Below, piece after piece: positions 40,055 to 49,419 of a DNA stretch of 64,000 nt. The stretch is from Candidatus Omnitrophota bacterium (lineage in GTDB: Bacteria > Omnitrophota > Gorgyraeia > Zapsychrales > Zapsychraceae): NCBI GenBank assembly GCA_016214285.1, contig JACROV010000079.1, forward strand, positions 6,855-70,854. The letters run 5' to 3'. The notes beneath the pieces were generated by a model. The model searched no databases. It saw nothing but the letters and a program-made list of their open reading frames with translations, and had not been told where the DNA came from. The first letter of the stretch is position 1, and every line of letters starts with the position of its first letter. The position numbers and the translations under genes are program-made.

Positions 40055-40795
40055 TTACGTCCGTTCAGCGGTAATGGCCAGTGTCAGCACACCCACGGTC
40101 CCCGCCCCGGCGTCTTTGAGCACGCGTGCCGCTTCGGAGGCGGTCGCCCCGGTCGTCAACAGATCGTCGATGAGCAGTATGTTCTTGTGCTTGAGGTTGT
40201 TAAGTTTTCTTATTGTAAAAGCGCCCTTTATATTTGTCCAGCGTTGTTTTTCGTCCAGAAAGCTCTGGGGACCGGTATGGCGGACGCGCCGCAAATGATT
40301 CCCCTCCGGGGCCAGAGGAATCGAGAATTCCCTGGCGAGCTCTTGCGCCAGCAACTGGGCCTGGTTGTAGCCGCGTTCACGCGATCGGGTTGAAGATAAA
40401 GGGATAGGGACGATTGCGTCAAACTGCCCCGTATCGAGGCCGTATTCCTTAATAAAAGAGATCATCACTTCCGCGAAAAGGCGGCGCAATTGTGTTTTTT
40501 GGCCGTATTTGAACCGGTGGAGGAGGTCTTTAATCGGGTCTTCATAGAGACACGCGCTCCAGGCGAAATCGAACGAGGGTCCGGCTTTGCGGCATTCTTT
40601 GCAGATGTTTGTGGCAGATATTCCAAGATGCCGGGAACATTTGCGGCAAAATGGCGGGCGGTTGAACACGATTGCGGCGCGGCACGGCGGACAGACTCCG
40701 GACCCAGGGGGATGCGCGGTATAGTGGGTCGAACAGACAAGACAGTGCGGGGGATAGACCAGATGACCCAGACCTTGTACGAGGTCCTTGAACAC
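40055..40795 (-). CDS. comF: ComF family protein (zinc ribbon + PRT), probable start GTG 40795
   Basis: YPPHCLVC, RERGYNQA, LIDDLLTTGAT. Confidence 0.9.
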   Translation of the reverse strand: MFKDLVQGLGHLVYPPHCLVCSTHYTAHPPGSGVCPPCRAAIVFNRPPFCRKCSRHLGISATNICKECRKAGPSFDFAWSACLYEDPIKDLLHRFKYGQKTQLRRLFAEVMISFIKEYGLDTGQFDAIVPIPLSSTRSRERGYNQAQLLAQELAREFSIPLAPEGNHLRRVRHTGPQSFLDEKQRWTNIKGAFTIRKLNNLKHKNILLIDDLLTTGATASEAARVLKDAGAGTVGVLTLAITAERT

Positions 40796-41085
40796 GGGCG
40801 TATCGTAACATCTCAAGCCACAAGTGTCAAACCGGATTTTTTGTTGGCCATAGGTTATGGCCAACAACCCTCACGTTTGTTTCGTTTTGTTCATCAAAAA
40901 CTCAAAACGAAACAGTGAGGGTAGTCATCCCCCGATCGATGTTCTATAAAAGTTGAAAGGGGGATTTCTTAAGGGGTATTTTTTAGGGTATTTTTTATGA
41001 TTTGAACAAAATTGTTTTTCGTGTAGAATATGGGCAAGAATTTATCCTCCCCCGCCGATTCCCCCTCCAGCAGAAAGGGAAGACT

Positions 41086-41793
41086 ATGCATCCGCCGCAA
41101 AAATATCCGACGGCCATTTGCCATTGGCCAAAAGAAGACCGCCCGCGGGAAAAAATGATGCAATATGGAGAGCAGGCCTTAAGCAATTCCGAACTCCTCG
41201 CCATCTTGCTCCGCACCGGCACCAAAGGCCAAAGCGCGCTGGACCTCGCCCGAAAAGTCATACACAAATTTCAAACCTTCCGGAACATGAGCCACACCGA
41301 CACGCGCGATTGGCTGGAGTTTAAGGGCGTCGGAACCGCCAAAATCGCCCAGATCAAAGCCGCGCTTGAAATCGGCCGCCGTTTTCGTGAAGACGAAACC
41401 CGTCTCGAGCGCCCGCAAATCAAATCCGCGAAAGACGTCGTTGAAATCCTGATGCCCCAGATGCGAGATCTTAAAAAGGAAGTCTTCAAAGTCGCATTCC
41501 TCAATTCCCAAAACCGTATCATTGCCATCGAAGATATGGAGGAAGGCACCGTCAACCACGCCGCGCCCATCATCCGCGAAATCTTCCAGCACGCCCTGCA
41601 GCATTTTGCGGTGTCGATTATCTGTGTTCACAATCATCCTTCCGGAGACACGAAGCCAAGCCCAGAGGATCAAATGTTCACCCAGAAATTAATGGAATCT
41701 GGCCAAGCATTAGATGTCAAAATTACGGACCACATTATCCTCGGCAATGGTCGATACTTTGCTTTTGTGGACGATCTGAACGCCATAGTATAG
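41086..41793 (+). CDS. radC: RadC (JAB domain) protein, probable start ATG 41086
   Basis: DRPREK, LSNSELLAILLRTG, HNHPSG..PS.ED, DHII. Confidence 0.95.
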   Translation: MHPPQKYPTAICHWPKEDRPREKMMQYGEQALSNSELLAILLRTGTKGQSALDLARKVIHKFQTFRNMSHTDTRDWLEFKGVGTAKIAQIKAALEIGRRFREDETRLERPQIKSAKDVVEILMPQMRDLKKEVFKVAFLNSQNRIIAIEDMEEGTVNHAAPIIREIFQHALQHFAVSIICVHNHPSGDTKPSPEDQMFTQKLMESGQALDVKITDHIILGNGRYFAFVDDLNAIV

Positions 41794-41833
41794 TAGGTAA
41801 AATATTGACTCTTTACCTACTTTATGATATATT
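41792..41833 (+). promoter_or_regulatory. hsdR promoter with a perfect 10-bp inverted repeat around the -35
   Basis: TTGACT-17-TATATT and AGTAGGTAAA-N10-TTTACCTACT. Confidence 0.6.
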
Positions 41834-41842
41834 TTACCCACT

Positions 41843-44623
41843 ATGAATGAATCGCAAACCCGTAAAGAATATATTAACAAAGCCTTGGCCAGGGCCCAAT
41901 GGACCCCCAATGGGTCCTGCCGGTACACCGAAGAATTTGAAATGGACAAGGTTTGGAGTTCCGGCATTGCCGAACCAACGACACCCTATGGCGCAAGCCA
42001 TGAATATGCCGATTATTTATTGCTTGGACGTGATGAACAACCGCTCGCCATTGTTGAAGCTAAAAGAACCACTAAAAATGCGCGCATAGGCCAGCAGCAA
42101 GCCAAGGGCTACGCCGAAAATATCAAAGCCAAATTCGGCATCGAACCATTTATATTTCTGACCAACGGAGAAGATATTTTATTTTGGGACCGCCAGCGAT
42201 ATCCTCCCCGCCTTGTTTACGGATTTTTTGAACGAAGGGATTTAGAGCGGCTCTATTTCCAACGACAGGAAGCCGCCCAAAATTTTTCCGGCATCAAAAT
42301 CAATCCCGAGATCGCTGATCGCGATTATCAAGCTGAAGCCATCCGTACCGTATTAACGGGAATACAAAACGGCCGCCGCAAGTTTCTATTAGTCATGGCC
42401 ACGGGTACCGGAAAAACGCGTACGACCATGGCCATCATCGATTGTCTTTTAAGAGCCAAGCGCATTAATACCGTTTTATTCTTAACAGACCGTAAAGTCC
42501 TTCGTGATCAGGCCTACGGTAAAAAAGGATATCAGGGATTTTTCAGCGAAAGTTGCGGTAGAATTACATCCGGAAAATTTAACGCGGAAAAGCGTCTTTA
42601 CGCGGCCACCATCCAGACGATGATGGAGTGTTACAAAGACATTTCGCCGGGTTTCTTTGATCTGGTGATTGCGGATGAGTGCCATCGCTCCATTTACAAC
42701 AAATGGAAAGATGTTTTATCCTATTTTGATGCCCTTCAGATTGGCCTGACCGCCACACCTGCCCAGTTTATTGAAAGAGATACCTTCCGTTATTTTGAAG
42801 TGGACTTAAAAAATCCTAAAGACAACCTTTTTAATTATTCGTATGAAAAGGCTGTTGATGAAAAACATTTACTTCCCTTTGTTCCCTACCACGCCAAAAC
42901 GTCTTTTCAGATCAAGGGGCTGCGAGAAGACGAAATCCCTCTGGCAGTTAAAAAGAAATTAGTAGAAGAGGGCAAAACCCTCGATGAATTAAACTTCGAA
43001 GGAACCGAGTTTGAAAAACGCTTTACCAATACCGGCACCCACGAGGCCATGGTCCGGGAATTTATGGAGGTTTGTTATAAAGACGATACCGGAACGTTGC
43101 CCGGTAAAACCATCATCTTTGCGATGACGAAGAATCACGCTTACCGCTTATTGGATGCCTTTGATCAGCTCTATCCCCAGTATAAGGGAAGACTCGCCGA
43201 GGTTATCGTTTCCGAAGATTCGCGGGCGGATAATTTTCTTGGGCGTTTTGAAAATGACAGCTATCCCAGGATCGCTATCTCGGTGGACATGCTCGACACG
43301 GGTATCGATATCAGAGAAGTTACCAATTTGGTCTTTGCCAAACCGGTCTTCAGCAAGATCAAATTCTGGCAGATGATCGGCCGCGGGACACGCACCCTCG
43401 ACAAGAACAATATGAAGCTCTGGTGCCCGCAGAAAGAGAATTTTTTGATCATCGATCACTGGAATAATTTCGAATATTTCGGCGAGAAACCGGAAGGAGA
43501 AGTCCCTCCCATGGAGGACGCCGTTACCTCGCGCGTGTTTAAAGTCAAAGTTAACCGTTTACGGTTTTACCTTCATCGCTTGGATCAGAAAGAAATCGAA
43601 GGCGTCAAAAAAGAGCTGCGAGATATGATCGCAAAACTCCCCCAGGATTCCATCAGCGTTAAAGAAAGAAAAGATGTCCTACAAAGACTGGCGAGTCCTC
43701 AATTCTGGACCAATGTGGATACCGACTATTTGTATGATCACGTGGCCCCTTTGATGCGTTTTTTGGAAGATATCAATTACAACGAATATTCCTTTATTCT
43801 GAAGTGTGAACAGCTTGAACTGGCATTTCTTAATAAAGATGAGCGCAGAATTCTTGATCTCAAAGACGCTGTTAAAGACGATTTGCAATTGTTGCCCATG
43901 ACGCTTCAAGTCGTCAAGCGTGAACAAGAAACGGTCTTCAAGACCGCCTCTGACGCCTTTTGGAGTGGTCTTTCGATCGAAGGCATCCGTGAGGCCAAAC
44001 AAAAATTGTCGCCAATTATGAAATATAAACGCCAGAATCCGCGTGAAATCATTCAATTCGATCTGGATGACCAGATCATTGAGCGCAAATGGATCGAGTT
44101 CGGGCCCAACGGCGAAGGGGCGTATGTCCACATTTATAAAGAAAAGGTCGAAAGGCGGGTCAAAGAATTGGCGGATAAAGAGTCGGCCATTATTAAGATC
44201 TGTAATGATGAACCGGTCAATGACCATGACCTGGAGGCCCTCGAAAATACTTTGAACGGGCCGGAGCTGTATATCACGGAAGATAAATTACGTGAGGCCT
44301 ACAGCCAGCCGTCGGGGACTTTGGTTCAATTTATTAAATCAATTTTCGGCAAATACAAATTTAAAAGTCAGGAAGACCAGATCGCCGAAAGCTTTGACGC
44401 GTTTATCATTGCGCACAATTACAATACCGACCAGACGCGTTTTTTGCGCGTCATCAAAAGTGTATTCCTGGCCAAGATCCGCCGCCATGAATTGCTGGAA
44501 ATCGACGATTTCTACGAAGGGCCGGTGAAGGAATTAGGCGGAGACATCGCCGACCACCTTTTTTCGAAGCAACAAATGGATGAAGTTATTGAATTCTGCA
44601 ATGAGCGGGTACTGGTGAAATGA
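41843..44623 (+). CDS. hsdR: Type I restriction endonuclease subunit R (EcoAI/EcoEI-like)
   Basis: ADY..IVEAK nuclease, MATGTGKT, DECHRS, GLTATP, MLDTGID, QMIGRGTR. Confidence 0.93.
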   Translation: MNESQTRKEYINKALARAQWTPNGSCRYTEEFEMDKVWSSGIAEPTTPYGASHEYADYLLLGRDEQPLAIVEAKRTTKNARIGQQQAKGYAENIKAKFGIEPFIFLTNGEDILFWDRQRYPPRLVYGFFERRDLERLYFQRQEAAQNFSGIKINPEIADRDYQAEAIRTVLTGIQNGRRKFLLVMATGTGKTRTTMAIIDCLLRAKRINTVLFLTDRKVLRDQAYGKKGYQGFFSESCGRITSGKFNAEKRLYAATIQTMMECYKDISPGFFDLVIADECHRSIYNKWKDVLSYFDALQIGLTATPAQFIERDTFRYFEVDLKNPKDNLFNYSYEKAVDEKHLLPFVPYHAKTSFQIKGLREDEIPLAVKKKLVEEGKTLDELNFEGTEFEKRFTNTGTHEAMVREFMEVCYKDDTGTLPGKTIIFAMTKNHAYRLLDAFDQLYPQYKGRLAEVIVSEDSRADNFLGRFENDSYPRIAISVDMLDTGIDIREVTNLVFAKPVFSKIKFWQMIGRGTRTLDKNNMKLWCPQKENFLIIDHWNNFEYFGEKPEGEVPPMEDAVTSRVFKVKVNRLRFYLHRLDQKEIEGVKKELRDMIAKLPQDSISVKERKDVLQRLASPQFWTNVDTDYLYDHVAPLMRFLEDINYNEYSFILKCEQLELAFLNKDERRILDLKDAVKDDLQLLPMTLQVVKREQETVFKTASDAFWSGLSIEGIREAKQKLSPIMKYKRQNPREIIQFDLDDQIIERKWIEFGPNGEGAYVHIYKEKVERRVKELADKESAIIKICNDEPVNDHDLEALENTLNGPELYITEDKLREAYSQPSGTLVQFIKSIFGKYKFKSQEDQIAESFDAFIIAHNYNTDQTRFLRVIKSVFLAKIRRHELLEIDDFYEGPVKELGGDIADHLFSKQQMDEVIEFCNERVLVK

Positions 44624-45660
44624 AATCTTTTTCCGATCAATATTTAAACAGAATACGTATCACGCCGCAATTGTTGAGCCTCACGAACGCCTTGTCAGAG
44701 TATAAGGGGAAGGAGGTGTTATATACGCGGCAATCTCCCGATGTCTTGGAGAAGCTCGTCGAGCGGGCTAAAGTGGAAAGCGTCGAATCATCCAATCGTA
44801 TAGAGGGAATTAACGTGAAACACGATCGTGTCGTTGATATCGTCGAACAGCAATCAACGCCGCGCAATCGTCCTGAAGAAGAGGTGGCTGGTTATCGGGA
44901 CGCCCTGGAGTACATTCATGAGAATCACAAGGCCATCCCGGTTGCGCTCAATACGGTATCTTTGTTTCACCAGTTTTTATACAAGAACACCAATCAGACC
45001 GGAGGTGAGTTTAAGTGGGAGGATAATTTGATTATCGACCGGCTCAAGGATGGAACCGAGCGGGTACGTTTCCGTCCGCCTCCGGCCAGCCAAACATATC
45101 TTTATGTACATGAGCTGATGAACGCCTACAAATTTGTATCCAGCCAGCGTAATCTTTCGCCCTTGATATCGATTCCGCTTTTTATCCTGGATTATTTATG
45201 CATCCACCCTTTTAAGGACGGCAATGGGCGCACGGCGCGTTTGTGGGCGCTTTTGCTTTTGTATCACGCCGGTTACAGTGTCGGCAAGTACATCAGTCTG
45301 GAAAGGATTATTGAGCAAAGCAAGGAAACGTACTATGAGTCATTGGAGCGATCATCGCAAGGCTGGCATGACGAGAAGCATAATGTTGAGCCGTGGCTGC
45401 ATTATTTTTGCGGGGTATTGATCGCGGCGTACAAGGAGTTTGAGTCGCGGGTTGGGGTATTCCGCGAAGAGAGCACAAAAACCGGCCAGATTAAAACATA
45501 CGTCAATAAAGCGGTCATTCCTTTTTCTATTTCTGATGTTGAGCAGGCATGCCCCAATATCAGCCGGGATATGATCCGTTTGGTGTTGCGTGAGTTGCGC
45601 AATTCAGGAACAATTTATACTACGGGAAAAGGTCGTGGGGCAAAATGGGTAAAGAAATAG
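44620..45660 (+). CDS. Fic family protein with C-terminal wHTH
   Basis: SSNRIEG, HPFKDGNGRTAR, C-terminal GKGRGAKW wing. Confidence 0.9.
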   Translation: MKSFSDQYLNRIRITPQLLSLTNALSEYKGKEVLYTRQSPDVLEKLVERAKVESVESSNRIEGINVKHDRVVDIVEQQSTPRNRPEEEVAGYRDALEYIHENHKAIPVALNTVSLFHQFLYKNTNQTGGEFKWEDNLIIDRLKDGTERVRFRPPPASQTYLYVHELMNAYKFVSSQRNLSPLISIPLFILDYLCIHPFKDGNGRTARLWALLLLYHAGYSVGKYISLERIIEQSKETYYESLERSSQGWHDEKHNVEPWLHYFCGVLIAAYKEFESRVGVFREESTKTGQIKTYVNKAVIPFSISDVEQACPNISRDMIRLVLRELRNSGTIYTTGKGRGAKWVKK

Positions 45661-45723
45661 GGTAAAAAGCCTATTAAGTAGGTAATTTTATATATAAATA
45701 CCCTATTTTTATGGAGGATATTC

Positions 45724-47223
45724 ATGTTAAATCCTGAACTCAAGTCACAAATCCGCCGTTTATGGAACAAATTCTGGGAAGGGGGAATTGCCAATCCCCT
45801 GACCGCCATCGAGCAGATGTCCTATCTGATATTTATGAAGCGCTTGGAAGACATGGACTTCCAGCACAAAAAGGCGGCCGATCGGCGCAATGAAAAATAT
45901 GTTTCCATTTATAAAGGGCAGGAAAACTGCCGCTGGTCTTACTGGATCAATATGCCGGCCGAAGAAATGATCGCCCACGTGCGCGACAAGGTATTTCCCT
46001 TTATCAAGACATTAAAAGACGACGATCATCATTTCAGTCAGTCTATGAAAGACGCGGTCTTTATGATTCCCCGGCCTTCCCTGTTGCAGGAATCCGTGCG
46101 CATCATTGATGAGCTCAATATTACCCAGCAAAATCAGGATACCCAGGGAGATCTTTATGAATATCTTTTAAGCGAACTGAAAACCTCCGGCAAGAACGGC
46201 CAATTCCGCACGCCGCGGCATATTATCCGGATGATCGTGGAATTGGTCAATCCCGTCTTGGGTGACCGGATCTGTGACCCGGCCTGTGGCACCGCCGGAT
46301 TTTTGATCAACGCCTACCAGCATATCCTCAAAGAAAATACCTCGCCCGATGTTCTGGAAGTGGATGAAGACGGCGTACCGCACCATCTGGTGGGGGATAA
46401 GATCACGGATAAGAAACAGCGCGCGTTCTTGAAGGAAAAAGCCCTGCACGGGTTTGATTTTGACACGACCATGGTGCGGATCGCCTTGATGAACGCCGTC
46501 TTGCACGGCATCGACAAACCCAATATCCGCTACACGGATACGCTGTCTAAGACTTACGAAGAAAAAGAAAAATATGAGATCGTGCTGGCCAATCCGCCGT
46601 TTAAAGGCAGTATCGACAAAAGCGATATCTCCGATCGGCTGAAGCTCAAGACCACCAAGACCGAGCTTTTGTTCATGAATCTTTTTGTGGAATTGCTGGT
46701 TACCGGCGGCAAATGCGGGGTCATTGTCCCGGACGGTGTTTTGTTCGGCTCCTCCAACGCGCACAAAGAGGCCCGTACAATGCTGGTCGAGGAAAACGAA
46801 CTGCAGGGCATCATCAAAATGCCCTCCGGCGTCTTCAAACCTTACGCCGGTGTTTCGACCGCGGTGGTGATCTTCGCCAAAGGCGGCACAACTGATAAGG
46901 TCTGGTTCTACGACATGCAGGCCGACGGCTTTTCGCTGGATGACAAACGTACCAAAACCCCGGACAAAAACGACATCCCCGACATCATTGCCCAGTGGAA
47001 CGCCCGTGACAAAAAGAAATCACCCTGCAAAGGCGAGAAGTGGTTCTGGGTGGATGCGAAAGAAATCCGTGAAAACAAATATGACCTCTCCATCTCCCGC
47101 TACAAACCGGTGGAGTATGAGGAAGTGCAGTATGACTCGCCCCAAGCGATCCTAGCCAAAACCACAGCCCTCGAGGCTGAAATCGCGGGGGAAATTAAAG
47201 AAATTGAGGCATTGTTGAAATGA
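45724..47223 (+). CDS. hsdM: Type I R-M methyltransferase subunit M
   Basis: GQFRTPRH, DPACGTAGF, NPPF (m6A motif IV). Confidence 0.95.
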   Translation: MLNPELKSQIRRLWNKFWEGGIANPLTAIEQMSYLIFMKRLEDMDFQHKKAADRRNEKYVSIYKGQENCRWSYWINMPAEEMIAHVRDKVFPFIKTLKDDDHHFSQSMKDAVFMIPRPSLLQESVRIIDELNITQQNQDTQGDLYEYLLSELKTSGKNGQFRTPRHIIRMIVELVNPVLGDRICDPACGTAGFLINAYQHILKENTSPDVLEVDEDGVPHHLVGDKITDKKQRAFLKEKALHGFDFDTTMVRIALMNAVLHGIDKPNIRYTDTLSKTYEEKEKYEIVLANPPFKGSIDKSDISDRLKLKTTKTELLFMNLFVELLVTGGKCGVIVPDGVLFGSSNAHKEARTMLVEENELQGIIKMPSGVFKPYAGVSTAVVIFAKGGTTDKVWFYDMQADGFSLDDKRTKTPDKNDIPDIIAQWNARDKKKSPCKGEKWFWVDAKEIRENKYDLSISRYKPVEYEEVQYDSPQAILAKTTALEAEIAGEIKEIEALLK

Positions 47224-47302
47224 AGCTGACTTCATGAAAAAAGAATGAGAATGCGAGATCGGTTCAGGGAGCAGATGAGAAGATAAATGTCTTATATTTT
47301 AC

Positions 47303-48619
47303 CAGTACTGTCCGGTTATAAGTTGAACATTGTCAATTGTTTATCGTTCTCAACGTTCTGGCCGTCGATATTAGTTTCTGTAAGTGCTTGCAATATAGGC
47401 GTTTTGTCGAAAATGGTCACGCTCAAAATTTGTAAAATTGTGTAAAGACTCGGTTTGAGGTTGAGACGTTTTTTGATAATGGCTACGAGCACGTAAACCG
47501 AGATTGCGATCCAGACCTGCGTCTTGACGGCGTTTTGCGATGTCCCGAAGAAAGCCTTGATGCGCAAATGCTGTTTGATCCAACGGAAAAAGAGTTCGAC
47601 TTTCCAACGGCATTTGTAAAGTTGTGCTACGGTAATCGCGTCGACATCGAAATTGTTGGTCAGGAAGGTAAAACGTTTTTTGGTCTCGGAATCGAAAAAT
47701 TTGATCAGACGAAGCTGTTCCGGATAATCTTTGGCTGATTGCACACCGGTTAAAAGAATTGTTTGATCGCACCGTAATCCTGTTGCTTTGTTGACTGGGC
47801 GCGAATAAAGACGCCGGTATTGTGTGTTGGATTTGATCCGGGTAATAAATGTCGCGCGCGCCTGATGTATAGTATACAAACGCGCAAAGTCGAGATACCC
47901 GCGGTCCATGATGTAGAACGATCCGGCTTCGAGGAACAGGATGTCCAGAACGTTTACATCCGCGACTTTTCCGTCGGTGATATTGATAAATGACGGGATT
48001 GGCCCGCGTAGATCCAAAAGCGTGTGAAGCTTGATCGCGCCCTTGCTCTTTCGAAAATGCGCCCATGGAAAAAGCGACAGACACAGGTCGATGGTTGTTG
48101 AGTCCAGCGCATAAACTGTATTTTCCAAATCGACCCCGAACGAATCTTCGCGATAAAGTTCGCGGGCTTGATGGATCAGAACCTGCGCGAAGTCTGCGTA
48201 AATGTGCCAGTCGCGATTCTCGTTGGCATCGGCCAATGTGCTTTTGGATATTGAGCCGCGAATGCCCATGTGATAAAGTTTCGGCTGCATGAATCGCAAG
48301 CACGCGGTGATGTCGCGCAAACTCTCGCGATAAGTCAATTGCGCAAAGCTCATGCACAAAAATTGATCCATGCACGAAAAATTCTTGATCCTGTAGTCGC
48401 CTTGATGCCGCGCAACACATTTGCGGAATTCGTGCAGTGGCAAGAATTCCATGACTTGAGAAAAGATTGTTTTTCCCGTGTTCATTGGACGCTCCTTTGT
48501 TGGTAGGAGCGCCAAAATAACACGCATTTGAATTCAAATCGATTAAAAGGTTTTTATGCATAACATAATAAAAATTATAGAGTTACAAAATTCAATTAAA
48601 AGTTAACCGGACACTACTG
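47303..48619 (-). mobile_element. IS4-family insertion sequence, 1317 bp
   Basis: 16-bp TIRs CAGTACTGTCCGGTTA / TAACCGGACACTACTG (one mismatch). 9-bp TSD ATATTTTAC at 47294-47302 and 48620-48628. Confidence 0.93.
47316..48485 (-). CDS. IS4 family transposase (DUF4372 + DDE)
   Basis: LDSTTIDL, MDRGY, YKCRWKVELFFRWIKQ (YREK motif). Confidence 0.93.
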   Translation of the reverse strand: MNTGKTIFSQVMEFLPLHEFRKCVARHQGDYRIKNFSCMDQFLCMSFAQLTYRESLRDITACLRFMQPKLYHMGIRGSISKSTLADANENRDWHIYADFAQVLIHQARELYREDSFGVDLENTVYALDSTTIDLCLSLFPWAHFRKSKGAIKLHTLLDLRGPIPSFINITDGKVADVNVLDILFLEAGSFYIMDRGYLDFARLYTIHQARATFITRIKSNTQYRRLYSRPVNKATGLRCDQTILLTGVQSAKDYPEQLRLIKFFDSETKKRFTFLTNNFDVDAITVAQLYKCRWKVELFFRWIKQHLRIKAFFGTSQNAVKTQVWIAISVYVLVAIIKKRLNLKPSLYTILQILSVTIFDKTPILQALTETNIDGQNVENDKQLTMFNL

Positions 48620-49027
48620 ATATTTTACTGGATGAATCTGGAGACTTGGGCTTCGATTTTAGTCGAAAAGGGACGACAAATTATTTTCTTGTCACTTTCC
48701 TTAAATTATGTGACAAATATTCTGCTGGACAGGATATTTACCAGAAAGCTGGTCCCGGTCGATCAAGAAATTGTGTTTATTGCTTCCAAGAGGGAGACAA
48801 ACGCGTTCTTAAACGAGAATTTTAGAAACTACCTCAAAGGTCAAGCGCTCAATACCCATAAGGTTAGATTGCACATTGAGATTAAGACGCCTTCAGAGGA
48901 GAAGGCGTTACAGGCGGTAGATTTTATTAGTTGGGCGGTTTTTAGAAAACACGAGTATCAGGACGGGTCTTATTACGACATGGTAAAAAAGAAAATCGTT
49001 GAAGAAAATCCTTTGTTCCCTTAGAAA

Positions 49028-49228
49028 TGGTAAAGCCTCATTCGCTATTTACGAGGTGCCATTCCGGTACCCCACGAATGAGGACTTACTTACCACAGTA
49101 ACAATCAAAATTTTTGACCGCCCCGACTACTCTTGCGAGAGGGCCCCATGGGCCCTTGTCATTAAGGCGGAACCTTTAAATTTGCGACCGGGGAAACCCC
49201 GATCCACCTCCAATTGCTTGAATTGCTT
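49028..49228. ncRNA. Putative DUF3800-associated structured RNA array
   Basis: Three consecutive multi-stem units immediately 3' of DUF3800. A convergent minus-strand promoter lies at 49231-49259. Confidence 0.6.
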
Positions 49229-49230
49229 TA

Positions 49231-49259
49231 AGTATAGTTTATGTGTGTGTATGTGTCAA
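49231..49259 (-). promoter_or_regulatory. Minus-strand sigma70 promoter firing into the RNA array
   Basis: The reverse complement reads TTGACA-17 bp-TATACT. Confidence 0.8.
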
Positions 49260-49312
49260 GGTTTCATTCAAAGAAGAGCCCTCGAGGCTGAAATCGCGGG
49301 GAAATTAAGGAA

Positions 49313-49394
49313 TAGGGTTATGCCTTTGATGAACAGTGCAACAGGATTTCGTGCCCATCGTATGCTGGAAGTGGTAGTCAAGGGCATAACCCTA
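49313..49394. mobile_element. 82-bp MITE
   Basis: 17-bp TIR TAGGGTTATGCC(T/C)TTGA. 8-bp direct repeat TTAAGGAA at 49305-49312 and 49395-49402. Confidence 0.75.
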
Positions 49395-49419
49395 TTAAGG
49401 AAAATGAGAAATTATTGAA

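Larger units (their letters stand above)
47287..49024 (+). pseudogene. DUF3800 family (RNase H-like DESG) gene disrupted by IS4 and an internal frameshift/deletion
   Basis: Removing the IS and one TSD gives MSYILLDESGDLGFDFSRKGTTNYFLVTFL. The C-terminal part NYVTNILLDRI...LQAVDFISWAVFRK...EENPLFP is in another frame. Confidence 0.8.

Noticed and set aside
47371-48561. 396-aa ORF overlapping the IS4 transposase on the same strand
   Set aside because: Ser/Arg-rich alternate frame of the transposase with no recognisable motif. Treated as a shadow ORF, although its length is notable.
49316-49391. attC site (GTTATGC/GCATAAC)
   Set aside because: The core sites are in the wrong order for attC. 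TIRs plus an 8-bp TSD fit a MITE better.
48999-49418. 139-aa ORF between DUF3800 and hsdS
   Set aside because: It reads across the RNA array, the promoter, the duplicated hsdM tail and the MITE, and has no coherent protein features.
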